Source of the DNA: an uncultured Actinomycetes bacterium
GTDB lineage: Bacteria > Actinomycetota > Thermoleophilia > UBA2241
Assembly: GCA_963709345.1 (NCBI GenBank)
Contig: CAVPVX010000007.1
Location: 640,001-704,000 of the forward strand
Reading direction: 5' to 3'
DNA length: 64,000 nucleotides
This document shows positions 50,331-60,525 of this stretch, in pieces (the first letter of the stretch is position 1; every line of letters starts with the position of its first letter). Below the pieces are notes generated by a model. The model saw only the letters and a program-made list of their open reading frames with translations. It was not told the DNA's origin and did not search any database. A program made the position numbers and the translations under genes.

Positions 50331-51160
50331 ATGGCGACCATCGCTCCCCTCATCCTCGGCCCTGGTCAGACTCAGCTAGGCGGAGGCCGGTCGGACGCCG
50401 ACCTCGTCGCCGGTCTGAGATCCGGACGCAGTCGCCGCCGCGGCCGGCGGCACCCTGGCCACAGCAGAGCGCCGGCGCGTCGTCGCCCGAGCGGCCCACT
50501 GCCCAGTCTGCCGCAAGACCGTCGAGACCTGGAGCCTGGGCGCGATGGGGCCGAGCATCGCCCTTGGGTCGGCGCCTCTGCCTGCGGCGCTCCAGGGGCG
50601 CTTCCCGCTCGGCCTCACCGAGCCGGGGCGGCGGTGGCGCCGCAGGAGTGGGCGCCGCAGGAGTGGGCGTCTCAGGTGCGGGCGCGGGAGGCGCCGCCGG
50701 AGCAACGCAGGGTCTCACACTCATGGCCGGCGGTCTCATCGCCAATGCCGGCGGTCTCGCCGCCGCCAAGATCGCGACCGTCGCCTACGAGGGGGCCCGC
50801 GCGGCGCAGGGGCACGGACGGCCAGATCCGTCCGCGCCGGCGACGGTGGCCGCGGACGGCGGACCTCAGGGCGACTCCCCGGAAGTCGCGCACGGCCGCC
50901 CGGCGGCGACGCCTCACGGCAATGGGCCCGGCGGCGACTGGGACAGAGGCAACGGGAACGCCGACGAGTGCGAATCGGCTTCATCCAAGGGTGAACCGGA
51001 GAAGCCGGACAAGGCGGGCCGACGTCGCGGCGGCCGGCGCGGCCGGCCTGCCGGGCACGCCGACACGCCAAGTCGGGTCTCGGAGCTCCGCACGCCGATT
51101 CACGGTCCACCTGCCCGCGGCGTACCGCGCACCGAATCGGCAGCGCGGCTGCACGCGTAG
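50331..51160 (+). pseudogene. Probable remnant of an ECF sigma factor/zinc-finger anti-sigma fusion gene
   Basis: SDADLVAGLRSG, then GTLATAERRRVVARAAHCPVCR, then a Gly/Ala-rich hydrophobic segment, in three successive frames. Confidence 0.45.
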
Positions 51161-51253
51161 CCCCTCCTCGACTCGCCCACCTCAGGCTCGACCCCGCCCG
51201 GAGACCGCCCCGGCCGTTGTCCGAATTGGCTAAGGAAGAGGGCCCGTGGGGCC

Positions 51254-51280
51254 TCAACCGATCCCCTGTCACGCCGATAC
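51254..51280 (+). promoter_or_regulatory. Sigma28 (FliA/WhiG/SigD)-like promoter TCAA-N15-GCCGATAC
   Basis: Matches the TAAA-N15-GCCGATAA consensus with exact spacing, 75 nt upstream of the CAP gene. Confidence 0.55.
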
Positions 51281-51354
51281 CAGCAAGTGTCAGGGACCGA
51301 CCCACAGGCGGTCCGACGTGCGTGAGAGCGCGACGCTGGGCTCGGAGGTGAGCC

Positions 51355-51888
51355 ATGAAGACTCGGTGCGGCATGGTAGCCATGATCGCGGCGCTGGCCG
51401 TGATGCTTCTCATGACCGTCCCGGCAGCCGCACCCGCCGCGGTCACGCTGAACTCCTACGAGCGACAGGTCGTGAAGCTCGTCAACAAGGAGAGGGCCAA
51501 GCGCGGTCTCTGCGCGCTGCGCGTCAACGCCAGTCTCGTCCGGTCCGCCCGTAGCCACTCAGCCGAGATGGGTACCGAGAAGTACTTCGACCATTCGTCG
51601 CTGAGCGGCGAGACCTGCTTCAAGCGCATGATCCGCCACGGCTACAAGCGCTCCGGCTACCGCTACTGGAAGGCCGGCGAGAACATCTACTACGGCGCCG
51701 GCATCTATTCGAGTCCCTGCGTCGTCGTGAGCGGGTGGATGAAGTCGCAGTCGCACCGTGCCGTCATCCTCACCAAGGCATTCCGCAACATCGGCGTCGG
51801 GGCGGTCGAGACCAAGGATGGATTCCGCGCCTGCGGCGGCTCCGTATGGTTCTTCACACTCGACGTCGGGCGTCGCATCGCCAAGTGA
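51355..51888 (+). CDS. Secreted CAP (SCP/Tpx-1) domain protein
   Basis: Signal peptide; LVNKERAKRGL, ARSHSAEM, YFDH, GENI, WMKSQSHR; GGAGGTG SD. Confidence 0.93.
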   Translation: MKTRCGMVAMIAALAVMLLMTVPAAAPAAVTLNSYERQVVKLVNKERAKRGLCALRVNASLVRSARSHSAEMGTEKYFDHSSLSGETCFKRMIRHGYKRSGYRYWKAGENIYYGAGIYSSPCVVVSGWMKSQSHRAVILTKAFRNIGVGAVETKDGFRACGGSVWFFTLDVGRRIAK

Positions 51889-51912
51889 CCCCGGAGACAG
51901 AGCCGACCGGTT

Positions 51913-51936
51913 GAAAGGGCGCGTAAGCGCCCTTTC
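51913..51936 (+). terminator. Hairpin after the CAP gene
   Basis: GAAAGGGCGC-GTAA-GCGCCCTTTC, 10-bp stem with a GNRA loop. Confidence 0.65.
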
Positions 51937-52003
51937 GCGTGGGATGAAGGGGAAGCGCGCACGGGCCGATGGGCGGCGCCGTCCACCGGAGTAGGATGGT
52001 GGC

Positions 52004-54305
52004 GTGGACGCCGACCGCAGAATGACCCCCGAAGCGTCGCGCCGCCTGCGCGCCCTCTTCACCGGTGGCGGGCACGAGCAGGTCGTGACGGTGGCGCACG
52101 AGGCGGCGCGGCGCGGGCACGCCGCCGACCTGCCCCCCGACCTCCCGGCCGAGCTGCGCGAAGCGCTGCTCGCGGCCGGCGTGCACTCGCTCTACGGCCA
52201 TCAGGCCGCCGCTCGGGAGCGGCTGGCGGCCGGCGACAACGTCGTCATCAGCACCGGCACGGCGAGCGGCAAGAGCCTCTGCTATCAGCTCGCCGTGCTC
52301 GAGACCTTCGCGGCCGAGCCACAGAGCCGCGCCCTCTTCCTCTTCCCCACCAAAGCGCTTGCGCAGGATCAGGCGCGCAAGCTCACGCGGCTCCACGTCC
52401 CCGGCGCCGTGCCCGGCGATCTACGACGGTGACACGCCGCAGGACCAGCGGGCCCTGCTGCGGCGCAGCGCGACGATCCTCCTCAGCAACCCCGACATGC
52501 TGCACGTCGGCATCCTGCCGGCGCACGAGCGCTGGGCCGAGTACCTGCACCAGCTCCGCTACGTGATCCTCGACGAGGCGCACGTGTACCGCGGCGTCTT
52601 CGGCAGCCACGTCGCCCAGGTCGTGCGCCGTCTGCGGCGGCTCTGCGCGCAGTACGGCGGACACCCGCAGTTTGTGCTCACCTCCGCGACCATCGCCAAC
52701 CCGCGGGCCTTCGCGGAGAAACTCACCGGGCTGCCGTTCGCCGTCGTCGACGGGGACGAGGCGCCGCGGCCGGAACGCACGGTCGTATTCTGGAACCCGC
52801 CGATCGAGGACCCGGCCGCCGGCACGCGGCGCAGCGCTCTCGCGGAGGCCGCGTACATCACCGCCGAGTGCGTGCTCGCAGGTGCGCGCGTGATCGCGTT
52901 CGCGCCCACTCGCAAGGCGGCCGAGCTGGTGTACGGCCACGTGAAGCGGCGCCTCGACGACCGGGCGCCGGGCGCGGCGGAGCGGGTACAGCCGTACCGC
53001 GCCGGCTACACGCCGGAGCAGCGCCGCGACATCGAGCGGCGCCTCTTCGCGCACGAACTGGACGCCGTGGTGGCAACGCAGGCACTGGAGCTGGGAATCG
53101 ACGTCGGCAGCCTCGATGTCTCGCTCGTGACCGGGTTTCCCGGCACGGTCACGAGCCTGCGACAGCGCTGGGGCAGAGCGGGCCGGGCCGGGCACGGCTA
53201 CGCCGTGCTGGTCGCCGGCCAGGACGCCTTGGACCAGTACTTCATGCGCGAGCCCGAGCGCCTCCTGAGCCGCAGCGTGGAGGAGGCGATCATCGACCTG
53301 CACAACCCGCAGATCAGTGCGCCGCACCTGGAGGCGGCCGCCTACGAGCAGCCGCTCACGCCGGCCGACGCCGCGTACTTCGGCGAGCAAGGCCTGCTGC
53401 AGGCCGAGCGGCTGGAGCAGGCCGGCAGGCTGCGGCGGCGCGGCGACGGTCTCGTGTGGGCGCGGCCATACTCGCCCGCCGCCGAGACCGGCCTGCGCAC
53501 CGCGAGCAACGAGCAGTTCGTCATCGTCGAGGGACGCCAGGGCGAGGTCATCGGCAGCGTCGAGCGCGAGCGTGTGCTGCGCTTCTGCCACCCCGGCGCC
53601 GTGTACCTGCACCTCGGGCGCAGCTACCTCGTGGCACACCTCGACCTCGACCACCGCACCGTCATGGTCGACGACTTCGACGGCAGCTACTACACGCAGG
53701 CCAAGACCGACAAGAACGTGCAGATCGCCGGGCAGGCAGGCATGCGCCCGCTGCCCGGCGCCTCCCTCTTCCTCGGTGACCTCGAGGTGACCGAGCAGGT
53801 GGTCGCCTACCAGCGCCGCGACATGACCGACGGTCACGTGCTCGACACCACCAGCCTCGACCTGCCCGAGCAGACCTTCTCCACACAGGCCTTCTGGCTG
53901 GCGATCGCACAGCCGGTGCTGGAGCGCACCCTCGCCGGCCTGAGCGAGACCGACGAGCTCGCCGCCCCCGGCTCGCTGCACGCCGCCGAACATGCGCTGA
54001 TCGCCCTGCTGCCGCTGTATGCGATGTGCGACCGCTGGGACATCGGCGGCCTGAGCACCGCGTGGCACTGGCAGACCGACGCAGCGAGCATCTTCGTCTA
54101 CGACGCCTACCCCGGCGGCATCGGCCTCTCGCGCCGAGGCTACGAGGCCTTCGAGAGCCTCGCCGCCGACGCCCGCACCCTCGTTGCCGAGTGCCCCTGC
54201 GAGAGCGGCTGCCCGAGTTGCGTGCAGAGCCCCAAGTGCGGCAACCTCAACGAGCCGCTGTGCAAGGCCGGGGCGGTCGCGCTGCTGAGGGCCGTCCTCG
54301 GATGA
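52004..54305 (+). pseudogene. DEAH-box helicase with C-terminal DUF1998 Cys domain (MrfA/YprA/SftH/Hrq1-like); one frameshift near 52412, likely an error
   Basis: TGTASGKS and PTKALAQDQ in ORF 52004..52432; YDGD, DEAH, SATIAN, ALELGID, QRWGRAGR and CPCESGCPSC in ORF 52359..54305. Confidence 0.9.
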
Positions 54306-54422
54306 CCGCGGCAGAGCGGTGGGGTCAAGGTTACGAGCCCTCGGTCCGATGTACAGAGGGAGGAACTCGATTCCCGGACCGGCACGCCGCGGGCCGGTGA
54401 CAGTCGTCGCGAGGGAGGCGCC

Positions 54423-57314
54423 ATGAGCATCCGCAGGACAAGCAGATGGACACCGGCGGCGAGGGCGTTCGTACTCCTTGCTCTCGCAACGCTGCTCCTG
54501 CTGATCGCGGCGCCGGCCGTGCCCGCGGCTCAGCCGGCGCAGACCGAGAAGCCGACGGCGGCGCGAGTGCGGGCAGCGCCTCTGAACCCCGACTTCGTGC
54601 TCTGGCAGGCCAGACGGGAGCTCAGCGCCGCACTCCGGAGTGCCGACGGGCTCGGGCTCGGCGAGCGGCCGGCGCCGCAGGCACTCGCCGCCGACGACGC
54701 CGCCGAGGCCGCACGCACGCTCGACGCCTACGCTCCCGACTACGACCTGCGCAGCCTGGGCAAGCTGTCTCCCGTCAAGAACCAAGGCAGCTACGGCACC
54801 TGCTGGGCATTCGCCACCTACGGATCCATGGAGTCGAGCCTGCTGCCCGGTGAGCTCGCCGACTTCTCCGAGGACAACCTGGTGCTGCAGAGCGGCTTCG
54901 ACACCGGCGCCACAGCGACGGAGAAGTACAACCACGGCGGCCACATCTGGTTCTCCACCGCCTACCTCGCCCGCTGGGGCGGCCCCGTCTGGCAATCCGA
55001 GGACGCCTACGGCGACGGCGTGACGCCCGGCGGCCTCTCGGCGCGCAAACACGTGCAGGACATCTCGTGGTACGCCCCGCGCGCCTCAGCCACCGACAAC
55101 GACCGCATCAAGTACGCTGTCTCCACCCACGGCGCCACCTACATATCGATGTCGTGGCAGGGCAGCTCAAGCGGCTCGTCCTACTACAACGCGACCACGC
55201 ACGCCTACTACTACAACGGCGGATCCGACACGAATCACGCAGTCCTCGTCGTCGGCTGGGACGACGGCTACGCGGCAAGCAACTTCGCGACCACGCCGCC
55301 GGGCAACGGCGCCTTCATCGTCAGGAACAGCTGGGGCACGGGCTTCGGCGAGAGCGGGTTCTTCTACGTCTCGTACTACGACACCAAGTTCGCGCGCACC
55401 AGCTACGCCGCCACCTTCGAGGGCGTCGCCCCGACGACCAACTACGACGCTGTCTACCAGTACGACCCGCTCGGGGACGTCAACTCCTTCGGATCGGGCA
55501 GCTCGACGACGCTGTGGGGCGCGAACAGGTACACCGCCACAGCCGCCTCGACGCTGAAGGCAATCGGCTTCTACGCCGAGGTGCCGAATACGGCATACGA
55601 GATCTGGCAGGGCCCGACGACCGCCGCCCTCACCAAGGTCACCCAGGGCACGCTGCCGCAGATGGGCTTCCACACGGTGACCCTGCCCTCGCCGGTGGCC
55701 CTGACCGGCGGCGCCGCCTTCGTGGTCGCGGTCAAGCTCACGACGCCGGGCTACGCCTACCCGTTGGCGGTCGAGTACGCCGAGCCTGGCTACTCGAGCG
55801 CCGCCACGGCCTCGCCCGGACAGAGCTACTACAGCGCGAACGGCACGACGTGGACCGACCTGACCACGTGGAAGTCCAGCGCCAACGCCTGCATCAAGGC
55901 CTATGCGACGACCGTCAGCGACACGACTCCGCCGGTCACTACCGACAACCACCTCTCCGTGTCCCTCGTCGCACCCTGCACGATCACGTTGACGCCGACG
56001 GATTCGGGCTCGGGCATGGTCGGCGGACTCGCCAAGGCCGAGTACAAGGTGGGCGGCGCGGCCTCCTACACGGTGGGCACCAGCGTCGTCCTCGGCGCCG
56101 GCACGCACACCGTCGCCTACCGCTCCACCGATGCCGCCGGCAACCGCGAGACGCCCGACAAGAGCTTCAGCGTCACGGTGGCGACGCCGCCGACGCCGCC
56201 GGCCAGCAGCAGCTCGTACGCCTTCGCCGCCGGCCCGGCCGGCGACTGGAGGACCACGGCGCAGTCGGTCACCGTAGACGCCATCGCGGGATCGGGGACA
56301 GGGCTCACCATCAACTACAGCATCGACGGCGGCACGACCTGGACCGCCGTCGCCGGCTCCACCGCCACCGCCTCGGTGAGCGGCGACGGGTCGCACCGGT
56401 TCCGGTTCTACGCCAGTGACTCACTCTCGACAGAGGCCGTGCACAGCCCCGGGTACGTCAACATCGACACGACCCCGCCGGTCACCGCGGACGACCATCT
56501 GGCCGCCTCGCTGGTCGCCCCGGCGACCATCACGCTCACACCCGCCGACGCCACGTCGGGCATGAGCGGCGGCCTCGCCAAGACGGAGTACAAGGTAGGT
56601 GGCGCAGCCGCCTTCACGGACGGCACGAGCGTCGTCCTCGGCGCCGGCACGCACACCGTCAACTACCGCTCCACCGACGCCGCCGGCAACCTCGAGACGC
56701 CGGACAAGACCTTCACCGTCACGGTGGTCGGCCCGCCGCCGCCGGTCAGCGGCAGCAGCTACGCCTTCGCCCCAGACGCCGTCAGCAGCTGGCGCAAGAC
56801 CACGCAGTCCGTGACGGTCACCGCCTCCGGCGGCACGGGTACGGGACGCACCATCCACTACAGCGCCGACGGCGGCGCCACCTGGGTGTCCGCAGCCGGG
56901 GACAGCGTCACCGCCGCGGTGAACGGCGAGGGCTCCCACGACTTCAGGTACTACGCCAGTGACTCACTGGCCACCGAGTCCGTCCACGAAGCCGGCTTCA
57001 TCAACATCGACACCGTCAGGCCGGCGACCAAGGCCGTCGCCGCGAAGGTCAAGAAGGGCAAGCGGGTGGCGCTGAAGTACCGTGTCGTCGACGGGCGCCC
57101 AGGCTGCGGCAAAGCGGTCGTCAAGATCCAGATCAAGAAGCGCGGCAGGGTCGTGAAGACGATCCGCGTCGGCACCAGAAAGACCAACGTCGCCCTGACC
57201 TACAGGTACAAGGCCACCATCGCAAAGGGCGTGTACACGTATCGAGTGCTGGCCACGGACATTGCCGGCAACGGGACTGCCCGTGTGCGCTCGGCGAAGC
57301 TGACCGTGAGATAG
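54423..57314 (+). CDS. Secreted papain-like C1A cysteine peptidase with lectin-like domain, two Ig-like repeat modules and a basic C-terminal domain
   Basis: Signal peptide; catalytic motifs QGSYGTCWAF, NHAVLVVGW and RNSWG; YQYDPLG..NACIKA lectin-like domain. Confidence 0.93.
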   Translation: MSIRRTSRWTPAARAFVLLALATLLLLIAAPAVPAAQPAQTEKPTAARVRAAPLNPDFVLWQARRELSAALRSADGLGLGERPAPQALAADDAAEAARTLDAYAPDYDLRSLGKLSPVKNQGSYGTCWAFATYGSMESSLLPGELADFSEDNLVLQSGFDTGATATEKYNHGGHIWFSTAYLARWGGPVWQSEDAYGDGVTPGGLSARKHVQDISWYAPRASATDNDRIKYAVSTHGATYISMSWQGSSSGSSYYNATTHAYYYNGGSDTNHAVLVVGWDDGYAASNFATTPPGNGAFIVRNSWGTGFGESGFFYVSYYDTKFARTSYAATFEGVAPTTNYDAVYQYDPLGDVNSFGSGSSTTLWGANRYTATAASTLKAIGFYAEVPNTAYEIWQGPTTAALTKVTQGTLPQMGFHTVTLPSPVALTGGAAFVVAVKLTTPGYAYPLAVEYAEPGYSSAATASPGQSYYSANGTTWTDLTTWKSSANACIKAYATTVSDTTPPVTTDNHLSVSLVAPCTITLTPTDSGSGMVGGLAKAEYKVGGAASYTVGTSVVLGAGTHTVAYRSTDAAGNRETPDKSFSVTVATPPTPPASSSSYAFAAGPAGDWRTTAQSVTVDAIAGSGTGLTINYSIDGGTTWTAVAGSTATASVSGDGSHRFRFYASDSLSTEAVHSPGYVNIDTTPPVTADDHLAASLVAPATITLTPADATSGMSGGLAKTEYKVGGAAAFTDGTSVVLGAGTHTVNYRSTDAAGNLETPDKTFTVTVVGPPPPVSGSSYAFAPDAVSSWRKTTQSVTVTASGGTGTGRTIHYSADGGATWVSAAGDSVTAAVNGEGSHDFRYYASDSLATESVHEAGFINIDTVRPATKAVAAKVKKGKRVALKYRVVDGRPGCGKAVVKIQIKKRGRVVKTIRVGTRKTNVALTYRYKATIAKGVYTYRVLATDIAGNGTARVRSAKLTVR
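55920..57008 (+). repeat. Internal tandem duplication of about 545 bp (two modules of about 182 aa starting DTTPPVT)
   Basis: Units start at 55920 and 56466 with near-identical segments such as GTSVVLGAGTHTV.YRSTDAAGN.ETPDK. Confidence 0.9.
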
Positions 57315-57339
57315 TGATCCGGCGAGGACCCGGAGACCT

Positions 57340-57411
57340 CTGCTGCGTCCGCTTGACGCCACAATCCTCGGTCTTGACGATGCGGCCGCCGTCATCCACC
57401 GCCGTGCCCGT
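57340..57411 (-). pseudogene. Short remnant of a YCF48-like repeat gene
   Basis: TAVDDGGRIVKTEDCGVKRTQQ aligns with WAVGDGGRIVKTAKAGVSWTKQQ of the gene at 60526-61527, also at DNA level. Confidence 0.6.
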
Positions 57412-57675
57412 CCTGGCGGCGGGAGTGCCGCCACGTGACAAGAGCACGCAGGAGTCACCGGCCGCGGCGACTCCTGCCGGGCGGGCTCGTGTGAGCTCCC
57501 GCGGCCGACTGCGACGCCGCGACCCGCCCCCGCCCGCGACGCGTCCGTCTCACTCTGGCGAACGGAGGGACGCAGCGTTAGACTGAAGACGCACCGTGAT
57601 CACGGAAGTGAGGGAGCTCGTCGTCGGCCACGCGCGGCCACGAAGGTACGTTCCCGTGGAGGAGGGGGGTCCCAC

Positions 57676-59789
57676 ATGAGTGCCCAGCACATCGTCAAGC
57701 GTGCGTGCGCAGTCACCGCGGCCGCATTCATGAGTCTCGTGGTGGTACTGCTGCTGTTCGGCGCAGCGGTCGCGGAGGCAACGCCGAACACATTGACGCA
57801 GGAGCCGGCGCCGGCAAAGGTGGGAGCGGCCCCCCTGAACCCCGACTTCGTCCTCTGGCAGGCCCGGCGCAACCTCGACGCCGTGTTCCGCAGCGTCGAC
57901 GGCCACGGACTCGGCGCACGACCGGCTCCGCATGCGCTGTTCTCCGCCGACGCGGCGCCGGCGCAGCGATCCACGCGCGGCTACGCGAGCAGCTTCGACC
58001 TGCGCACCACGGGCAAGCTCACGTCGGTCAAGGACCAGGACCCGTGGGGCACCTGCTGGTCGTTCGCCACCTACGGCTCGATGGAGTCGTGCCTGCTGCC
58101 CGGCGAGTCGCGTGACTTCTCCGAAGACCACATGGTCCTGACCAGCGGGTTCGACATGGGCAGCGACGGCCGCGGCCAAAGTACGACTTCGGCGGCCACT
58201 TCTGGATGTCCACCGCCTACCTCGCCCGCTGGGGCGGCCCGGTCTGGGAATCCGAGGACGCCTACGGCGACGGCGTCACGCCGGGCGGCCTTACGGCGCG
58301 CAAGCACGTGCAGGACGTCTCCTGGTACGCCGCGCGCTCTCGTCCACGGACAACGACCGCATCAAGTACGCGGTCTCCACCCACGGCGCGACCTACATCT
58401 CGATGTCGTGGCAGGGCAGTTCGAGCGGCTCGTCCTACTACAACCCGACCGACGCACGCCTACTACTACAACGGCGGATCCGACTCGAACCACGCCGTGC
58501 TGGTCGTCGGCTGGGACGACGACTACGCGGCGAGCAACTTCGCGACCACGCCGCCGGGCAACGGCGCCTTCATCGTCAGGAACAGCTGGGGCACGGGCTT
58601 CGGCGAGGGCGGCTACTTCTACGTCTCCTACTACGACACGAAGTTCGGACGCGACTCAGCTACGCCGCCACCTTCGAGGGCGCCCAGTCCCCGACGAACT
58701 ACGACACGATCTACCAGTACGACCCGCTGGGCGAGGTCACCGGTTTCGGCGCAGGCGGCACGACCCTTTGGGGCGCCAACCGGTTCACCGCCGGCGTCGA
58801 CCTCGACCCTGAATGCGGTCGGCTTCTACGCCGAGGCGCCGAACACCGCGTACGAGATCTGGCAGGGCCCGACGACCGCCGCCCTCACGAAGGTCACCCA
58901 GGGCACGCTGCCGCAGATGGGCTTCCACACGGTGACCCTGCCGGCGGGGCGCGCCCTGACGAGCGGCGCCGCTTTCGTGGTCGCCGTCAAGCTCACGACG
59001 CCGGGCACAACTTCCCGCTGCCGGTCGAGTACGCCGAGCCCGGCTACTCGAGCGCCGCCACGGCCTCGCCCGGCCAGAGCTACTACAGCTCGAACGGCAC
59101 GACGTGGACCGACCTGACCACGTGGAAGTCCAGCGCCAACGCCTGCATCAAGGCCTACGCGACGACCGGCGGCTCGCCGCCGCCGGGCACCGACACCACG
59201 CCGCCGGTCACGACCGTCACGGGCCTGGACAGCCGCTGGCACAACCGCGACGTGAAGCTCACGCTCACGGCCGTGGACGAGCCGGGAGGCTCGGGCGTCA
59301 AGTCGATCACCGGCCGCTTCAACGACGGCGCGGAACAGGTCATCGAGAGCGCCAAGGTCATCGCGACGATCGACGCTCTCAAGAGCCACTCGAACGACGG
59401 CCTGACGAGACTGACGTACTACGCGACCGACGTCGCCGGCGAACAGGGAGGCGGCGCGCACGCTCACCGTCAAGATCGACACGCGCGGGCCCACCTGCGC
59501 GGCGAAGAAGCTGACAGTCAAGCGCGGCAAGAAGGGCAGGCTGTACTTCGTCGTCCGTGACACGCTCAGCCCCCAGGTGACCTGCCTGGTGCGCATCAAG
59601 ACGCTGCGCGGAAAGACCGTGAAGACGTTGAGCTGGGGCTACGACACGCAGCCGGGAGCCGGACTGTGGTGGTACGTCAACTACCGCTGGACGCTCAAGA
59701 AGGGGACCTACAACGTCTTCGTCACCGGCAAGGACCTGGCCGGCAACAACTCCACGAAGATCGGCAAGGCGAGGCTCGTCGTTCGTAAG
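57676..59789 (+). pseudogene. Second paralogous C1A peptidase/lectin-like gene with at least 7 small indels
   Basis: QDPWGTCWSF, NHAVLVVGW, RNSWG and NACIKAY are spread over several frames; long near-identical DNA stretches with 54423..57314. Confidence 0.88.
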
Positions 59790-59889
59790 CGCGAGAGCGA
59801 AGGGGACGCCGCACTCGGGCCAGCCTCTCGCGGTGCGACGGGGTCATCGACTGAGGTAGTCTGCACGGTGACCGCGCGCGAAAGGAGCC

Positions 59890-60474
59890 GTGCCCGTGCC
59901 CGACGACATCGCCATCGACCTGCTGGACCCCGCCGACATCGAAGACGTGGCGCACCTGTGGAAGGCGTTGCTGGACCACGTGGCGGCACTGCCCGACTCG
60001 ATCGTGCCCGTGCGGCCGTCGGACGAGTCGTGGGAGCTCGAGCGCGCCGAGATGCTCCCGGCGCTCGAGAGCAGCAGCGCCTTCGCGCTCGTCGCCCGGC
60101 GTGGAGGCCGCGCCGTCGGGTACCTCTTCGTGCGCATCGAAGGGCCGGACCCCGTCTGGTACACCGGCGACACGCACGCGGAGCTCGCCCACCTCTGCGT
60201 CGCCGAGGGCGAGCGCGGCAACGGAGTGGGCTCCGCGCTCATGGACGCCATGGACGCCGAGCTTGAGCGCCGCGGCGTCGAAGACGTGGAGATCGGGGTC
60301 GACACCGGCAACGACGCCGCGGTGAGCCTCTACGAGGGTCGCGGTTACCGGCCCGACTTCAGGCTCTTCTACGGCTCGCCCGGCAGAAAGCCTTGGGCGT
60401 GCCTGCGGAGGGAGGCCGAGGACAAGGCGGCCGGGCGCGGCCGCTTCGCGCCGCCCGGCCGCCCGCAGGACTGA
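59890..60474 (+). CDS. GNAT family N-acetyltransferase
   Basis: LCVAEGERGNGVGSALM (motif A), NDAAVSLYEGRGY; AAGGAG SD. Confidence 0.9.
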   Translation: MPVPDDIAIDLLDPADIEDVAHLWKALLDHVAALPDSIVPVRPSDESWELERAEMLPALESSSAFALVARRGGRAVGYLFVRIEGPDPVWYTGDTHAELAHLCVAEGERGNGVGSALMDAMDAELERRGVEDVEIGVDTGNDAAVSLYEGRGYRPDFRLFYGSPGRKPWACLRREAEDKAAGRGRFAPPGRPQD

Positions 60475-60525
60475 CCGGCCGCTCCCGAGCCGACCGCAGG
60501 AGTGGCCGGAGGCGGCCTCAGCGCC

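Noticed and set aside
51190-51354. c-di-AMP or c-di-GMP riboswitch upstream of the CAP gene
   Set aside because: Conserved cores could not be matched by eye and a sigma28-like promoter explains the region better; an Rfam scan would settle it
52004-54305. DUF1998 helicase as DISARM DrmAB or another defence system
   Set aside because: Single fused MrfA/SftH-type protein; no methylase, drmC/D/E or other defence genes nearby
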